Below, one piece after another: positions 8,352-16,001 of a stretch of DNA of 32,000 bases. Made by a program: the position numbers and the translations under genes. The notes under the pieces are model-generated. The model worked only from the letters and a program-made list of their open reading frames with translations. It was not told the DNA's origin and did no database searches. The stretch spans positions 510,001-542,000 of the forward strand of contig NC_009954.1 of the NCBI RefSeq assembly GCF_000018305.1, in the 5' to 3' direction. The stretch's first letter is position 1. Each line of letters opens with the position of its first letter. Source of the stretch: Caldivirga maquilingensis IC-167. Its GTDB lineage: Archaea > Thermoproteota > Thermoprotei > Thermoproteales > Thermocladiaceae.

Positions 8352-8800
8352 AATGACCCCTCATCACTGGTTGTTATTAAGCATTATTTATAACAAAATC
8401 AACATTTGACTAATATGAATTCGCTTAAACTAAAACAAGTAAACCTCTAATCAAGTACCATAAGCCGGAGGCAATGGCAATACTGGTTAAAAACCAGTCA
8501 AACACCCCTTAATATTTATTAAGACCCTGCATGATTACGTATTCAGTAACCTTAATCGCAACATGCTTAATTAACCCAATAATCTACATTATCTACACCA
8601 TGATGCATCATTTAATTGCGGGTACTTTAAATACTAGGCTAGCTAATGTAGGGTAATGTTACCTTACTCATTATCCTATGTTTAATTACCTTAAAAATCA
8701 TTAAGAGTTAAGGCAATGTAAGATAATGCGTAAATTAACATTAATTCACATTCATGTTGATTTTAAAGGTCTTGGTTCCATTGTTTCACGTCCTAATTGA

Positions 8801-9463
8801 TTAGGGGTTTGGGTTTATTGGCCACTTCTCCATCCTGTAGGCACTGTCCCAGAACATGTACTCGTATATTGAGGCTAGTCTGAATGCCTTAATCATGTCA
8901 TTTAATTGACTCTCAGTAACGTTCATTGAGTCTACTATACTCAATACCTCCCTAACGGATGCCCTATACTCCTCCCCACTGTACGTTGAGACCCATAGCC
9001 TGTAATTCTCATTACTAACCTCATGCTTAGATAACTCAACCCCAACCTTCTCGTAAATCCAGTAGCATGGTAACACTGCCGCAATGGCCTCGTAGTAGGG
9101 TTTAGAGTAGGCTTCAGTTATGAGGAAGCTTGTGTACGCCCTATTAGTGGGTGACATTACGTACTCCGCTGGGTTAAGGTTCCATATCCTCATGTAGTGT
9201 TCATGAAGCCTCCTCTCAACCTCAATGGCACCTATTGAGTGTCTTAGGAATAATTGAGCCTCCTCAATCCTAGGTGCCTTGGCGGCTATTATTGACAACG
9301 CCTTAATGTACTCCCCAAGATACATGTGGTCTTGGATAATGTAGTACTTGAACATATCCTCACTTAATGAACCATCAGCTAAACCCCTAATGAATGGGTG
9401 CTTAATTATTGCGTCATAGACATCCCTAATACTTGACCAGAGGACTTCACTTAACTTAGTCAT
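8801..9463 (-). CDS. tenA: TenA/thiaminase II family protein
   Basis: 220 aa. 'HPFIRGLADGSLSEDMFKYYIIQDHMYL' is the TenA/Thi-4 signature. TTTTATAG lies about 21 nt upstream of the ATG, suggesting a leaderless transcript. Confidence 0.8.
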   Translation of the reverse strand: MTKLSEVLWSSIRDVYDAIIKHPFIRGLADGSLSEDMFKYYIIQDHMYLGEYIKALSIIAAKAPRIEEAQLFLRHSIGAIEVERRLHEHYMRIWNLNPAEYVMSPTNRAYTSFLITEAYSKPYYEAIAAVLPCYWIYEKVGVELSKHEVSNENYRLWVSTYSGEEYRASVREVLSIVDSMNVTESQLNDMIKAFRLASIYEYMFWDSAYRMEKWPINPNP

Positions 9464-9645
9464 TATTAGGAAGTATTAGGTTGCCTATAAAAGTGTTATT
9501 GCTGGGCCGCGTACTTAAGGGGTTAGTTATGCATTAATTAAAGTATCATTAATTTTAGGCTTTGAATTTTCAAGTACATTATATATAATTAAAATTATAC
9601 TAACTATGAGACAATACTTAAAAATACCTAAATTGAGCTATTTAT

Positions 9646-10446
9646 GTGATTAATCCCTTAATAGCATACGCCTTATTGGCCGGTGACCCAATACCTGCGG
9701 TAGTGTGGGCGGTAATATACTTCGTAGTCACTGTAATAGTTGGGTACATTATAGCCCTCATAGCCGCAGTAATACTTAGGAGACTACTACCTGGATTAGC
9801 TAAGCAGATTGGTTTAAGCATGGATATGGTTAACACATCCATAGGTGGGGTTGAGGCAACAATAATGTTAATATCCATTGCAATAGCCTTAACCTACATA
9901 ACACCCTACCTGGGTATGGCTTCAACCTACGTCACGATGATTGCTGATTACTTACCGTACCTAGCAGGCCTAATAATACTCCTAACCCTAGGCCTACTTC
10001 TTGTCGACGCCTTAACCCTCTATATTCAGAGGAGGGTTGGGGCTGAGGAGTACATAAGCCTAGTAATGAATATTCTCAGGTTCGGGCTCTACGCAGTGTT
10101 AATAACCATTGCAGTGACGTGGGCTATATTCCACTGGATTACTGCAATTAATCCATACTTATTCTACGACATAATAATAGGCTCGGTGGTTCTTTATGCG
10201 GGCATAAGTATTGTTAATAAGGCTGTTTCAGACATTTCCAAGGCTCACCCTGAAATGAGCGGGATGCTGGATTACGGGAAGCTGGTGCTTTACGCGGTGA
10301 TAATACTCGTGGCAATAGCCATAATTGTTCAACCCTTCCCCAATGTTACTCAAGTCCTCTACGCATTGGCCTGGGGTTTAGCAATTGCCTTTGCAATAGT
10401 GGTTGCGCCATTAGCCTATGCAATGGCTAAGAAAGCGTTAACGTAA
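9646..10446 (+). CDS. Hypothetical polytopic membrane protein
   Basis: 266 aa with a GTG start. I count about 7 hydrophobic helices by eye. There are no recognisable catalytic motifs. The exact start is uncertain because there are in-frame TTG/GTG alternatives downstream. Confidence 0.55.
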   Translation: MINPLIAYALLAGDPIPAVVWAVIYFVVTVIVGYIIALIAAVILRRLLPGLAKQIGLSMDMVNTSIGGVEATIMLISIAIALTYITPYLGMASTYVTMIADYLPYLAGLIILLTLGLLLVDALTLYIQRRVGAEEYISLVMNILRFGLYAVLITIAVTWAIFHWITAINPYLFYDIIIGSVVLYAGISIVNKAVSDISKAHPEMSGMLDYGKLVLYAVIILVAIAIIVQPFPNVTQVLYALAWGLAIAFAIVVAPLAYAMAKKALT

Positions 10447-10556
10447 GCAACGTCTTTACCGTATTTGAATTAAAATCATTATATTTATTGGTTCATGAAG
10501 ATTGAGAATCTACTTCATTAGTCATAATTAAACATCAATTATTCTATGGAGTATGC

Positions 10557-10564
10557 TTTAAATA
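10557..10564 (+). promoter_or_regulatory. TATA-box candidate (TTTAAATA) for the HTH gene
   Basis: The element is centred about 26 nt upstream of the ATG at 10587. That spacing is typical of leaderless crenarchaeal transcripts. Confidence 0.45.
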
Positions 10565-10586
10565 TGGTTAAGCAGATACTCATACT

Positions 10587-11021
10587 ATGTCTGAGTCAAT
10601 ACCCCTTAAACCCCTTGGTAAGGAGGATATTAGGAAACTTGAAAGCGCCCTACTGGCCATGGTGTTATTCTCCCAGGAGACCCTTGAAGCCTTAAAGAAC
10701 CCCCATGAGAGGTTAACCTGGGTTGACAGCCTATACACGGCTGCAGCCGCCTTCGCCAGGGAGAAGGCTGGTATGCCCGCCTCCCAGATAGCTGATGAGA
10801 TCGGTGTTACTGAGGCTACTATTAGGAAGCACATTAAGGGTGAGACTAAGGCCGGTCAATTAGTCCTGAAGGCCTATGAGAGGCTTTCCAAGGAGGGCTT
10901 TAAGGTGGATTTACCACCTGAAATAGCCGCAACATCAATGCAGGAGTTAAGTAGGCTGAGGGAGAAGGTGGAGAGGGTTAGGAGTCTTCTTAATGAAGCC
11001 TTAAGCGAATTAAGTTCATGA
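10587..11021 (+). CDS. Helix-turn-helix domain protein (putative transcription regulator)
   Basis: 144 aa. 'ASQIADEIGVTEATIRKHIKG' is a textbook HTH, and the C-terminus looks like a coiled coil ('ELSRLREKVERVRSLLNEALSEL'). No family is assigned. Confidence 0.5.
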   Translation: MSESIPLKPLGKEDIRKLESALLAMVLFSQETLEALKNPHERLTWVDSLYTAAAAFAREKAGMPASQIADEIGVTEATIRKHIKGETKAGQLVLKAYERLSKEGFKVDLPPEIAATSMQELSRLREKVERVRSLLNEALSELSS

Positions 11022-11034
11022 TGGGGATTAGTTA

Positions 11035-11054
11035 TTTTTATTTTTAATTAAAAA
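11035..11054. terminator. Bidirectional oligo-T terminator candidate in a 44-nt convergent spacer
   Basis: On the plus strand, TTTTTATTTTT (11035-11045) lies 14 nt after the HTH stop. AAAAA at 11050-11054 gives T5 on the minus strand, 12 nt after the kaiC-like stop. Confidence 0.5.
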
Positions 11055-11065
11055 CTAAGCAGGTC

Positions 11066-11926
11066 TTAATCCTCCTCTTCCTCCTCAACACCGCGGGTTG
11101 GCTTAACCTCCTTACTGGCCTTCTCAGCCTCCTCCACAGCCCTCCTCATCTCCTCAACCTCCTCCTTACTTAATGGTTGAGTCTCCGCTGAGGTTGCGGT
11201 TAACTTAAGGTACTTATCCCAGTGAACCACAATGCCTTCATCAGTTATGTCCATTGGGTGCCTAACCATGGATATCTTAGTGTCCCTCATTTTCCAAACT
11301 ATAAGCGACCTGTAGAGTTTACCATCAACCTCATCTAAGTCAAGTCTAATTATACCGTCAACAGCATGCTCAACACCAGGTCCACCGAAGCCCCTCTCCC
11401 CAACTGATACCTGGCTTATGAAGAACGCCGTAGTACCTAAGCCGGCGATAACCCTCTTAAGAAGCATCACAGTTGACCTGGCTATTGACGGCTTAGTTAG
11501 GTAGAGTGTACTCACTGAGTCAACTGTTATCCTCCTGGCCCCTGTATCCTTTATGGCTTGCCTAAGTACGTCGATTAACTCATGGACGTTATCAATATCC
11601 TTAACCACATACCTCTCCCTCTGGGACGCTGAACCAATACCCGTAGTGAAGGCGTCAATGATAGCGAACTTACCCTCCCTCTCAAACTTAGATACATCCC
11701 AGTTAAAATGCCTAAAACTCCTCCTAACAGCCACAGGATGCTCCTCAAGGGTAACGAAAACAGCCCCCTCACCCCTAGTTAACCCATTGAATAGGAATTG
11801 CTTACCTAGAATGGACTTACCTGTACCAGGGCCACCTGAAATAAGTACAACACTCCTCTCCGGAACACCACCGTAAAGCACTTCATCAAGGCCCGGTATA
11901 TAGGACCTAACCCTAGGTATTGTCAT
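11066..11926 (-). CDS. KaiC/RecA-superfamily ATPase (single-domain, aRadC/KaiC-like)
   Basis: 286 aa. It has '[12 protein letters not shown]', Walker A 'GGPGTGKS' and Walker B-like 'RITVDSVS'. The C-terminal tail is acidic ('VEEEEED'). Confidence 0.85.
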   Translation of the reverse strand: MTIPRVRSYIPGLDEVLYGGVPERSVVLISGGPGTGKSILGKQFLFNGLTRGEGAVFVTLEEHPVAVRRSFRHFNWDVSKFEREGKFAIIDAFTTGIGSASQRERYVVKDIDNVHELIDVLRQAIKDTGARRITVDSVSTLYLTKPSIARSTVMLLKRVIAGLGTTAFFISQVSVGERGFGGPGVEHAVDGIIRLDLDEVDGKLYRSLIVWKMRDTKISMVRHPMDITDEGIVVHWDKYLKLTATSAETQPLSKEEVEEMRRAVEEAEKASKEVKPTRGVEEEEED

Positions 11927-11950
11927 TACTTAAAGAGTAAACTAAAATCC

Positions 11951-11958
11951 TTAAAAAC
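11951..11958. promoter_or_regulatory. Shared A/T-rich TATA element (TTAAAAAC / GTTTTTAA)
   Basis: The element is centred about 28 nt from the kaiC-like ATG (11926, minus strand). It is also about 27 nt from the C box of sRNA candidate 1 (11982, plus strand). Confidence 0.4.
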
Positions 11959-11981
11959 TTAACAACATTAAACAGCAATAA

Positions 11982-12032
11982 GTGATGAACAACCCCGTCA
12001 CCGAATAAGTGAGGGTGTTTTAGGGGAACTGA
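11982..12032 (+). ncRNA. C/D-box sRNA candidate 1
   Basis: The layout is GTGATGA (C) - 12 nt ACAACCCCGTCA - CCGA (D'-like) - ATAA - GTGAGGG (C'-like) - 13 nt TGTTTTAGGGGAA - CTGA (D). It spans 51 nt box to box and has a TATA element about 27 nt upstream. Confidence 0.5.
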
Positions 12033-12165
12033 TGAATTAAACCTTAATCAACCTTACTTAGCATAACACGGTATTGTGGGGGAAGCCTAAGTACAGGAAG
12101 AGAGTAAGGAGGAGTAAAGGGTACCGGTAAGTAAAGAACCCAACCACGTTGATTAAATCATTACT

Positions 12166-12242
12166 TGGTGGACCGGCCGGGACTTGAACCCGGGATCTCC
12201 CGCATGCCAAGCGGGCATCCTTCCAGGCTAGACTACCGGCCC
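12166..12242 (-). tRNA. tRNA-Ala (anticodon GGC)
   Basis: The reverse complement is GGGCCGGTAGTCTAGCCTGGAAGGATGCCCGCTTGGCATGCGGGAGATCCCGGGTTCAAGTCCCGGCCGGTCCACCA. It folds as a cloverleaf with a 7-bp acceptor stem, the G3:U70 Ala identity pair, anticodon loop TTGGCAT, T-loop TTCAAGT and discriminator A. CCA is encoded and there is no intron. Confidence 0.95.
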
Positions 12243-12268
12243 AGTCACCTAAGCTGAATACCCCTCCC

Positions 12269-12276
12269 TTTTTAAG
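12269..12276 (-). promoter_or_regulatory. TATA-box candidate (CTTAAAAA on minus strand) for tRNA-Ala
   Basis: The element is centred about 30 nt upstream of the mature tRNA 5' end at 12242. Confidence 0.5.
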
Positions 12277-12314
12277 CCTATTTATCATTCTCACTGCACT
12301 GAATTATGGTAATG

Positions 12315-12322
12315 TTAAAATA
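12315..12322 (+). promoter_or_regulatory. TATA-box candidate (TTAAAATA) for sRNA candidate 2
   Basis: The element is centred about 26 nt upstream of the C box at 12344. Confidence 0.4.
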
Positions 12323-12343
12323 CTTGACTGTTTAAGTTAAACA

Positions 12344-12394
12344 GTGATGAGTTGAACCACCGGGTGAGTTAATGATCTAATCCTGCAGGTCTGA
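12344..12394 (+). ncRNA. C/D-box sRNA candidate 2
   Basis: The layout is GTGATGA (C) - 13 nt GTTGAACCACCGG - GTGA (D'-like) - GTTA - ATGATCT (C'-like) - 12 nt AATCCTGCAGGT - CTGA (D). It is again 51 nt box to box, with a TATA element about 26 nt upstream. Confidence 0.5.
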
Positions 12395-12522
12395 TTACAA
12401 GTTAATTACGTAAACAGTATTTCACGAGAGTGAGCTTAATAAGCTTTTCCATCATTAATCCCCATATTTGCTTTACAATAGTTACCTTTCTATACTGTAA
12501 CTCTATTTCACATTTGACCAGT

Positions 12523-12936
12523 ATGGGAGGTGAAAGAATAAGTATGATTGTCTTCTCGGGTACAGATGATAGGTTAATACCAGTTGGCGTAATAACCCAG
12601 GCCGCCGCAGCCCTGGGTTACGAGGTTAACATATTCATAACCGGTTGGGCCCTAATGAAGGTCCTTAGGAAGCCGACACAACCCACTTGGCCTAAGGAGT
12701 TTGAGCAAATGGTGCCTGCCCTGCAGCAGGGTATGGCTAGGATTAAGGCACCGAGTTGGGTTGAGATGGTTAAGCAGGGTAAGCAGTTGGGTAGTGTTAA
12801 GGTTTACGCATGCTCAATGATGGCTGAGGCCATGGGGCTTAAGAAGGAGGACTTTGACCCAAGTATTGTTGATGATGTGGTTGGTGTAACAACATTCCTT
12901 GAGACTGCTAAGGGTGGGCAAATACTCTTCATATAG
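12523..12936 (+). CDS. DsrE/DsrF-like sulfur-relay family protein (COG2044-like)
   Basis: The track ORF begins at 12430, but its first 31 codons look non-coding. ATG 12523 sits about 27 nt after a TATAC element. An alternative ATG at 12544 is preceded by GGAGGTGA. 'MIVFSGTDDRL..V..I..AAA.G..V.IF.TGWA' and the conserved Cys in 'VKVYACSMMAEAMG' fit the family. Confidence 0.7.
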   Translation: MGGERISMIVFSGTDDRLIPVGVITQAAAALGYEVNIFITGWALMKVLRKPTQPTWPKEFEQMVPALQQGMARIKAPSWVEMVKQGKQLGSVKVYACSMMAEAMGLKKEDFDPSIVDDVVGVTTFLETAKGGQILFI

Positions 12937-12945
12937 GTGATCCAC

Positions 12946-13188
12946 ATGGCTCAGGGTGGTAAAATAACCGTGGATGCAAGGGGCATTGCATGCCCAGGCC
13001 CAATAACGGAGTTGATTAAGGCTTATAGGAACGCTAAGAATGGTGACTTAATAGAGGTCTGGGCCACTGACCCAGGCTTCGAACCTGACTTGAAGGCTTG
13101 GATTAATAGGACTGGTAATCAGCTTGTGGAGCTTAGGAAGGAGCAGGATAAGATAATCGCCGTAGTTAAGGTTACGGCCAAGAGGTGA
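12946..13188 (+). CDS. tusA: TusA/SirA-family sulfurtransferase
   Basis: 80 aa counted from ATG 12946, with an AGGTGA SD 8 nt upstream (the track starts at GTG 12937). The diagnostic 'DARGIACPGP' motif carries the persulfide-carrying Cys. Confidence 0.85.
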   Translation: MAQGGKITVDARGIACPGPITELIKAYRNAKNGDLIEVWATDPGFEPDLKAWINRTGNQLVELRKEQDKIIAVVKVTAKR

Positions 13189-13194
13189 GTAGGC

Positions 13195-14388
13195 GTGAGT
13201 GATGGTAGAAGAAGAGTTATCATTATTGGTGGGGGGACTGGTGGATTAGTGTTGGCTAATAGGCTACCTAAGGATGAGTTTGAGGTTACTGTTATTGATA
13301 AGCAACCCTACAATTACTTCCTACCCTGGCTACTCTACATTGCCTTTAAGGGATCTAGGAGGAATATTAAGAGGGAGATTAGGGATCTTATTAAGCCTTG
13401 GGTTAACTTCATTCAGTCGGGAGCCAGGTTAATTAACCTTAATGATAGGTACGTTGAGTTGGATAATGGTAAGAGACTGAGTTACGATTACCTAGTAGTG
13501 GCCACTGGGGCAACGGTGGATTACTCTAAGGTACCTGGATTAGACCAGTTAACTGAACTCTACGGTGACTACCATAGTAGTGAGGAGAACGCATGGAGAG
13601 TGTGGAGGACTGTGAACAGTATTAATGAGGGTACGTTAGCCTTCATACTATCCTACGAACGCTACAGGTGCCCTCCAAGCCCACTTGAGGGGGTTCTTTT
13701 AGCTGATGAACTCCTCAGGAGAAGGGGGGTTAGGGATAGGGTTAACTTGGTTTACGCAACATCATACCCAAGGCCATACCCAGCTGAACCAATGAATGAG
13801 GTGGTGGAACCCATACTTAAGGAGAGGGGTATTGAGACTGTTACCTTCTTCACCCTAGATCACGTTGACGCTAAGGATGGTGTAGCCTACTCCCTTGAGG
13901 GTGAGGAGCTTAAGTTTAATGCAGCCATAGTAATACCACCCCACGTTGGTGTGGGCATAAAGTATAACCCAGATAATGTGCTTGACCAGGATGGATTCGT
14001 ACTGGCTGATAACGCCACCAATAGGATTAAGGGCTTTGATGATGCCTTCGTAATAGGGGATGCGTCAGCATTACCAGTGGCTAAGACTGGTGTAACAGCC
14101 CACCTGCAGGCCACCGTTGTGGCTAAGATACTCACCGGTGAGGATGCCTGCAACACAGGTAGGACTCATTGTCCCTTCGACATGGGTTATGGATTAGCAA
14201 CCTTCGTGATAAGTGATAGTAAGCATGGTGTAGTTAAGTATCCGCCCAATAGAATTAACCACTTCCTTAAATTAACCTTCGCTGCATCATACTGGAGTAT
14301 GCTGAAGTACCCTGAATTATGGGACCCATTAATGGAAGCTTACTTTGAAGCCACATCCCCTGAGAGGTTAATTGGTTTATTCAGGTGA
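13195..14388 (+). CDS. FAD-dependent pyridine nucleotide-disulfide oxidoreductase, sulfide:quinone oxidoreductase-like
   Basis: 397 aa with a GTG start preceded by GAGGTGA. It has 'VIIIGGGTGGLVLANRL' (GxGxxG), candidate redox Cys residues in 'RCPPSPLEG' and 'HCPFDMGYG', 'FVIGDA', and amphipathic C-terminal helices as in monotopic SQRs. Confidence 0.7.
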   Translation: MSDGRRRVIIIGGGTGGLVLANRLPKDEFEVTVIDKQPYNYFLPWLLYIAFKGSRRNIKREIRDLIKPWVNFIQSGARLINLNDRYVELDNGKRLSYDYLVVATGATVDYSKVPGLDQLTELYGDYHSSEENAWRVWRTVNSINEGTLAFILSYERYRCPPSPLEGVLLADELLRRRGVRDRVNLVYATSYPRPYPAEPMNEVVEPILKERGIETVTFFTLDHVDAKDGVAYSLEGEELKFNAAIVIPPHVGVGIKYNPDNVLDQDGFVLADNATNRIKGFDDAFVIGDASALPVAKTGVTAHLQATVVAKILTGEDACNTGRTHCPFDMGYGLATFVISDSKHGVVKYPPNRINHFLKLTFAASYWSMLKYPELWDPLMEAYFEATSPERLIGLFR

Positions 14389-14393
14389 TTGAC

Positions 14394-15041
14394 ATGAATG
14401 GTTTAAAAACTCAGGCGGGTGAACTGATAATGGTTAATGAAACCAGTGAGGATAAGTTAGCGAACCTAATTAGTATTGAGAACCTCGACTCAGTGACTAA
14501 GTTGGTTTCAATAGCCAGGAGGCTTAATGAACTGGGTTTACTTGACCTAGTAAATGACTTACTTAATGACGAGGACTTCATTAAGGAATTATTCAATCAA
14601 CTACTAACCACGGACAATGTTATGCTTCTAGCCAACTTAGAGAACCTCGTTAGACTATTGGTTAAGTTAAGTGATAAGAGAACCGTGGAGAATACCATTA
14701 AGTTAATTGACTTAATCAACACAATAGGTGGCAGTGGGTTAGCTGAATCACTAGGCGCCTTCCTAGGCAGTGAGGATAACGTGAAGATTATTAACGAAAT
14801 TATCCTAAACCCAACGTTAAGGAACCTACTTAAGTCATTGAACGAATCATTGAACCTAATTCAGGATATTAGAATTAATGAGGCTGTTAAGGCCGCGGTA
14901 GAGGCCACTAAGACCGGTGAATCAGCATCAACAGTGAGCTTAATTAGGAGGCTTATGACTGATGCAAACGTTAAGAGGGGGTTACTCTTCATTATTGGGT
15001 TACTTGAGGGAATTGGGAAGCAGCTTAATCAAACTAGCTAA
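14394..15041 (+). CDS. DUF1641-like helical protein
   Basis: ATG 14394 has AGGTGA 5 nt upstream, overlapping the SQR-like stop (the track start is GTG 14385). The protein is all-helical and Leu/Asn-rich. The C-terminal 'LIRRLMTDANVKRGLLFIIGLLEGIGKQL' resembles the DUF1641 signature often found next to SQR/NDH-2-type flavoproteins. Confidence 0.5.
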   Translation: MNGLKTQAGELIMVNETSEDKLANLISIENLDSVTKLVSIARRLNELGLLDLVNDLLNDEDFIKELFNQLLTTDNVMLLANLENLVRLLVKLSDKRTVENTIKLIDLINTIGGSGLAESLGAFLGSEDNVKIINEIILNPTLRNLLKSLNESLNLIQDIRINEAVKAAVEATKTGESASTVSLIRRLMTDANVKRGLLFIIGLLEGIGKQLNQTS

Positions 15042-15082
15042 AGTCAGTTAAACATTAAACATACTGGTTATTAATCCCTTTT

Positions 15083-15943
15083 ATGCAGAGGATTGTGCTC
15101 TACGATGAATTCTCAAGGGACCTGGGGCCTAACGTAGCCTCCAGGATTGGGGCTGAGGCCAGAGAGATTACACGTAAGGTTTTCCCCGATGGTGAACAAT
15201 ACATTAGGGTTGAGGCTAATGTGAAGGGTAGTGATGTACTTTACGTAACTAGGCTTTACCCCAATCAGGACCAAGGGCTAATTAGGGTTATGCTACTGCT
15301 TGACGCTGTTAAGGGCCTGGGGGCAGCCAGGGTGGGCTTATTCATACCCTACATGCCCTACGCCAGGCAGGATAGAAGATTCCTTGAGGGTGAACCCATT
15401 AGCATTAACGTAATACTCAACGTGCTTAAGGGCCTTGGGGTTGATTACCTATACGTGGTTGATATCCATAAGCCACAAAGCCTTGAGGGTTACCCAGGCT
15501 TCATTAACCTTAAGCCATTTAAACTATACGCAGAGGGACTTGGAGGCTTAAGTAAACCAGTTGTAATTAGCCCAGACTTAGGCTCCCTATGGAGGGCTGA
15601 GGAGTTGGCTAAGGCGCTTGGCGTTGAGTATGATTACCTCGAGAAGCATAGGGATAGATACAGTGGGGAGGTTTCATTCACCCTAAGGAACCTTAACGTT
15701 AAGGGTAAGGACGTGGTTATTATTGATGATATAATATCAACAGGAGGCACAATAATAGGCGCAGCAGGAATGCTGAGAAGCATGGGGGCAACCAGCATTA
15801 ATGTGATAGCCACCCACTGCATAATGATCGGTGACGCCGAGGCTAAGTTAACTAAGGCAGTTGATAAAATACACTGCAGCAACAGTATACTGGGCAAGTA
15901 CTCCCAATTCGATGTCTCACAATTAATAACCAGTAATGGTTAG
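15083..15943 (+). CDS. prs: Ribose-phosphate pyrophosphokinase (PRPP synthetase)
   Basis: 286 aa. It has 'PYMPYARQDR', 'VVDIHKPQ' and the PRPP-binding loop 'VVIIDDIISTGGT'. Confidence 0.9.
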   Translation: MQRIVLYDEFSRDLGPNVASRIGAEAREITRKVFPDGEQYIRVEANVKGSDVLYVTRLYPNQDQGLIRVMLLLDAVKGLGAARVGLFIPYMPYARQDRRFLEGEPISINVILNVLKGLGVDYLYVVDIHKPQSLEGYPGFINLKPFKLYAEGLGGLSKPVVISPDLGSLWRAEELAKALGVEYDYLEKHRDRYSGEVSFTLRNLNVKGKDVVIIDDIISTGGTIIGAAGMLRSMGATSINVIATHCIMIGDAEAKLTKAVDKIHCSNSILGKYSQFDVSQLITSNG

Positions 15944-16001
15944 TTAAGAGTAATCTTGAATTAACTATAAAGCTTATTAACCATTTGCATAAAGCTAAAC
16001 T

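Noticed and set aside
8600-8611. 12-nt perfect palindrome ATGATGCATCAT, C-box-like on both strands
   Set aside because: No D box lies at the appropriate distance. A short palindrome like this is expected by chance in AT-rich DNA.
8774-8789. GGTTCCATTGTTTCAC, reminiscent of crenarchaeal origin recognition box (TTCCA...GGAAAC) elements in an AT-rich spacer
   Set aside because: It has no dyad symmetry and occurs only once. There is no orc1/cdc6 gene nearby, and only the TTCCA half matches. This is not enough to call an origin.
9464-9645. Possible TPP riboswitch upstream of tenA
   Set aside because: The TATA-like TTTTATAG sits only about 21 nt from the ATG, so the transcript is leaderless and has no room for an aptamer. 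No CUGAGA/ACCUGA-type TPP motifs were seen.
12058-12294. 78-aa minus-strand ORF in the supplied track
   Set aside because: It runs straight through the tRNA-Ala gene (12166-12242) and its pyrimidine-rich downstream region. It has no start context, so it is a spurious ORF.
12430-12522. N-terminal 31-codon extension of the DsrE-like ORF (MSLISFSIINPHICF...)
   Set aside because: The stretch is AT-rich and has no DsrE similarity. It contains the TATA-like element and a small palindrome (AGCTTAATAAGCT). Better starts exist at 12523 (leaderless spacing) or 12544 (GGAGGTGA SD).
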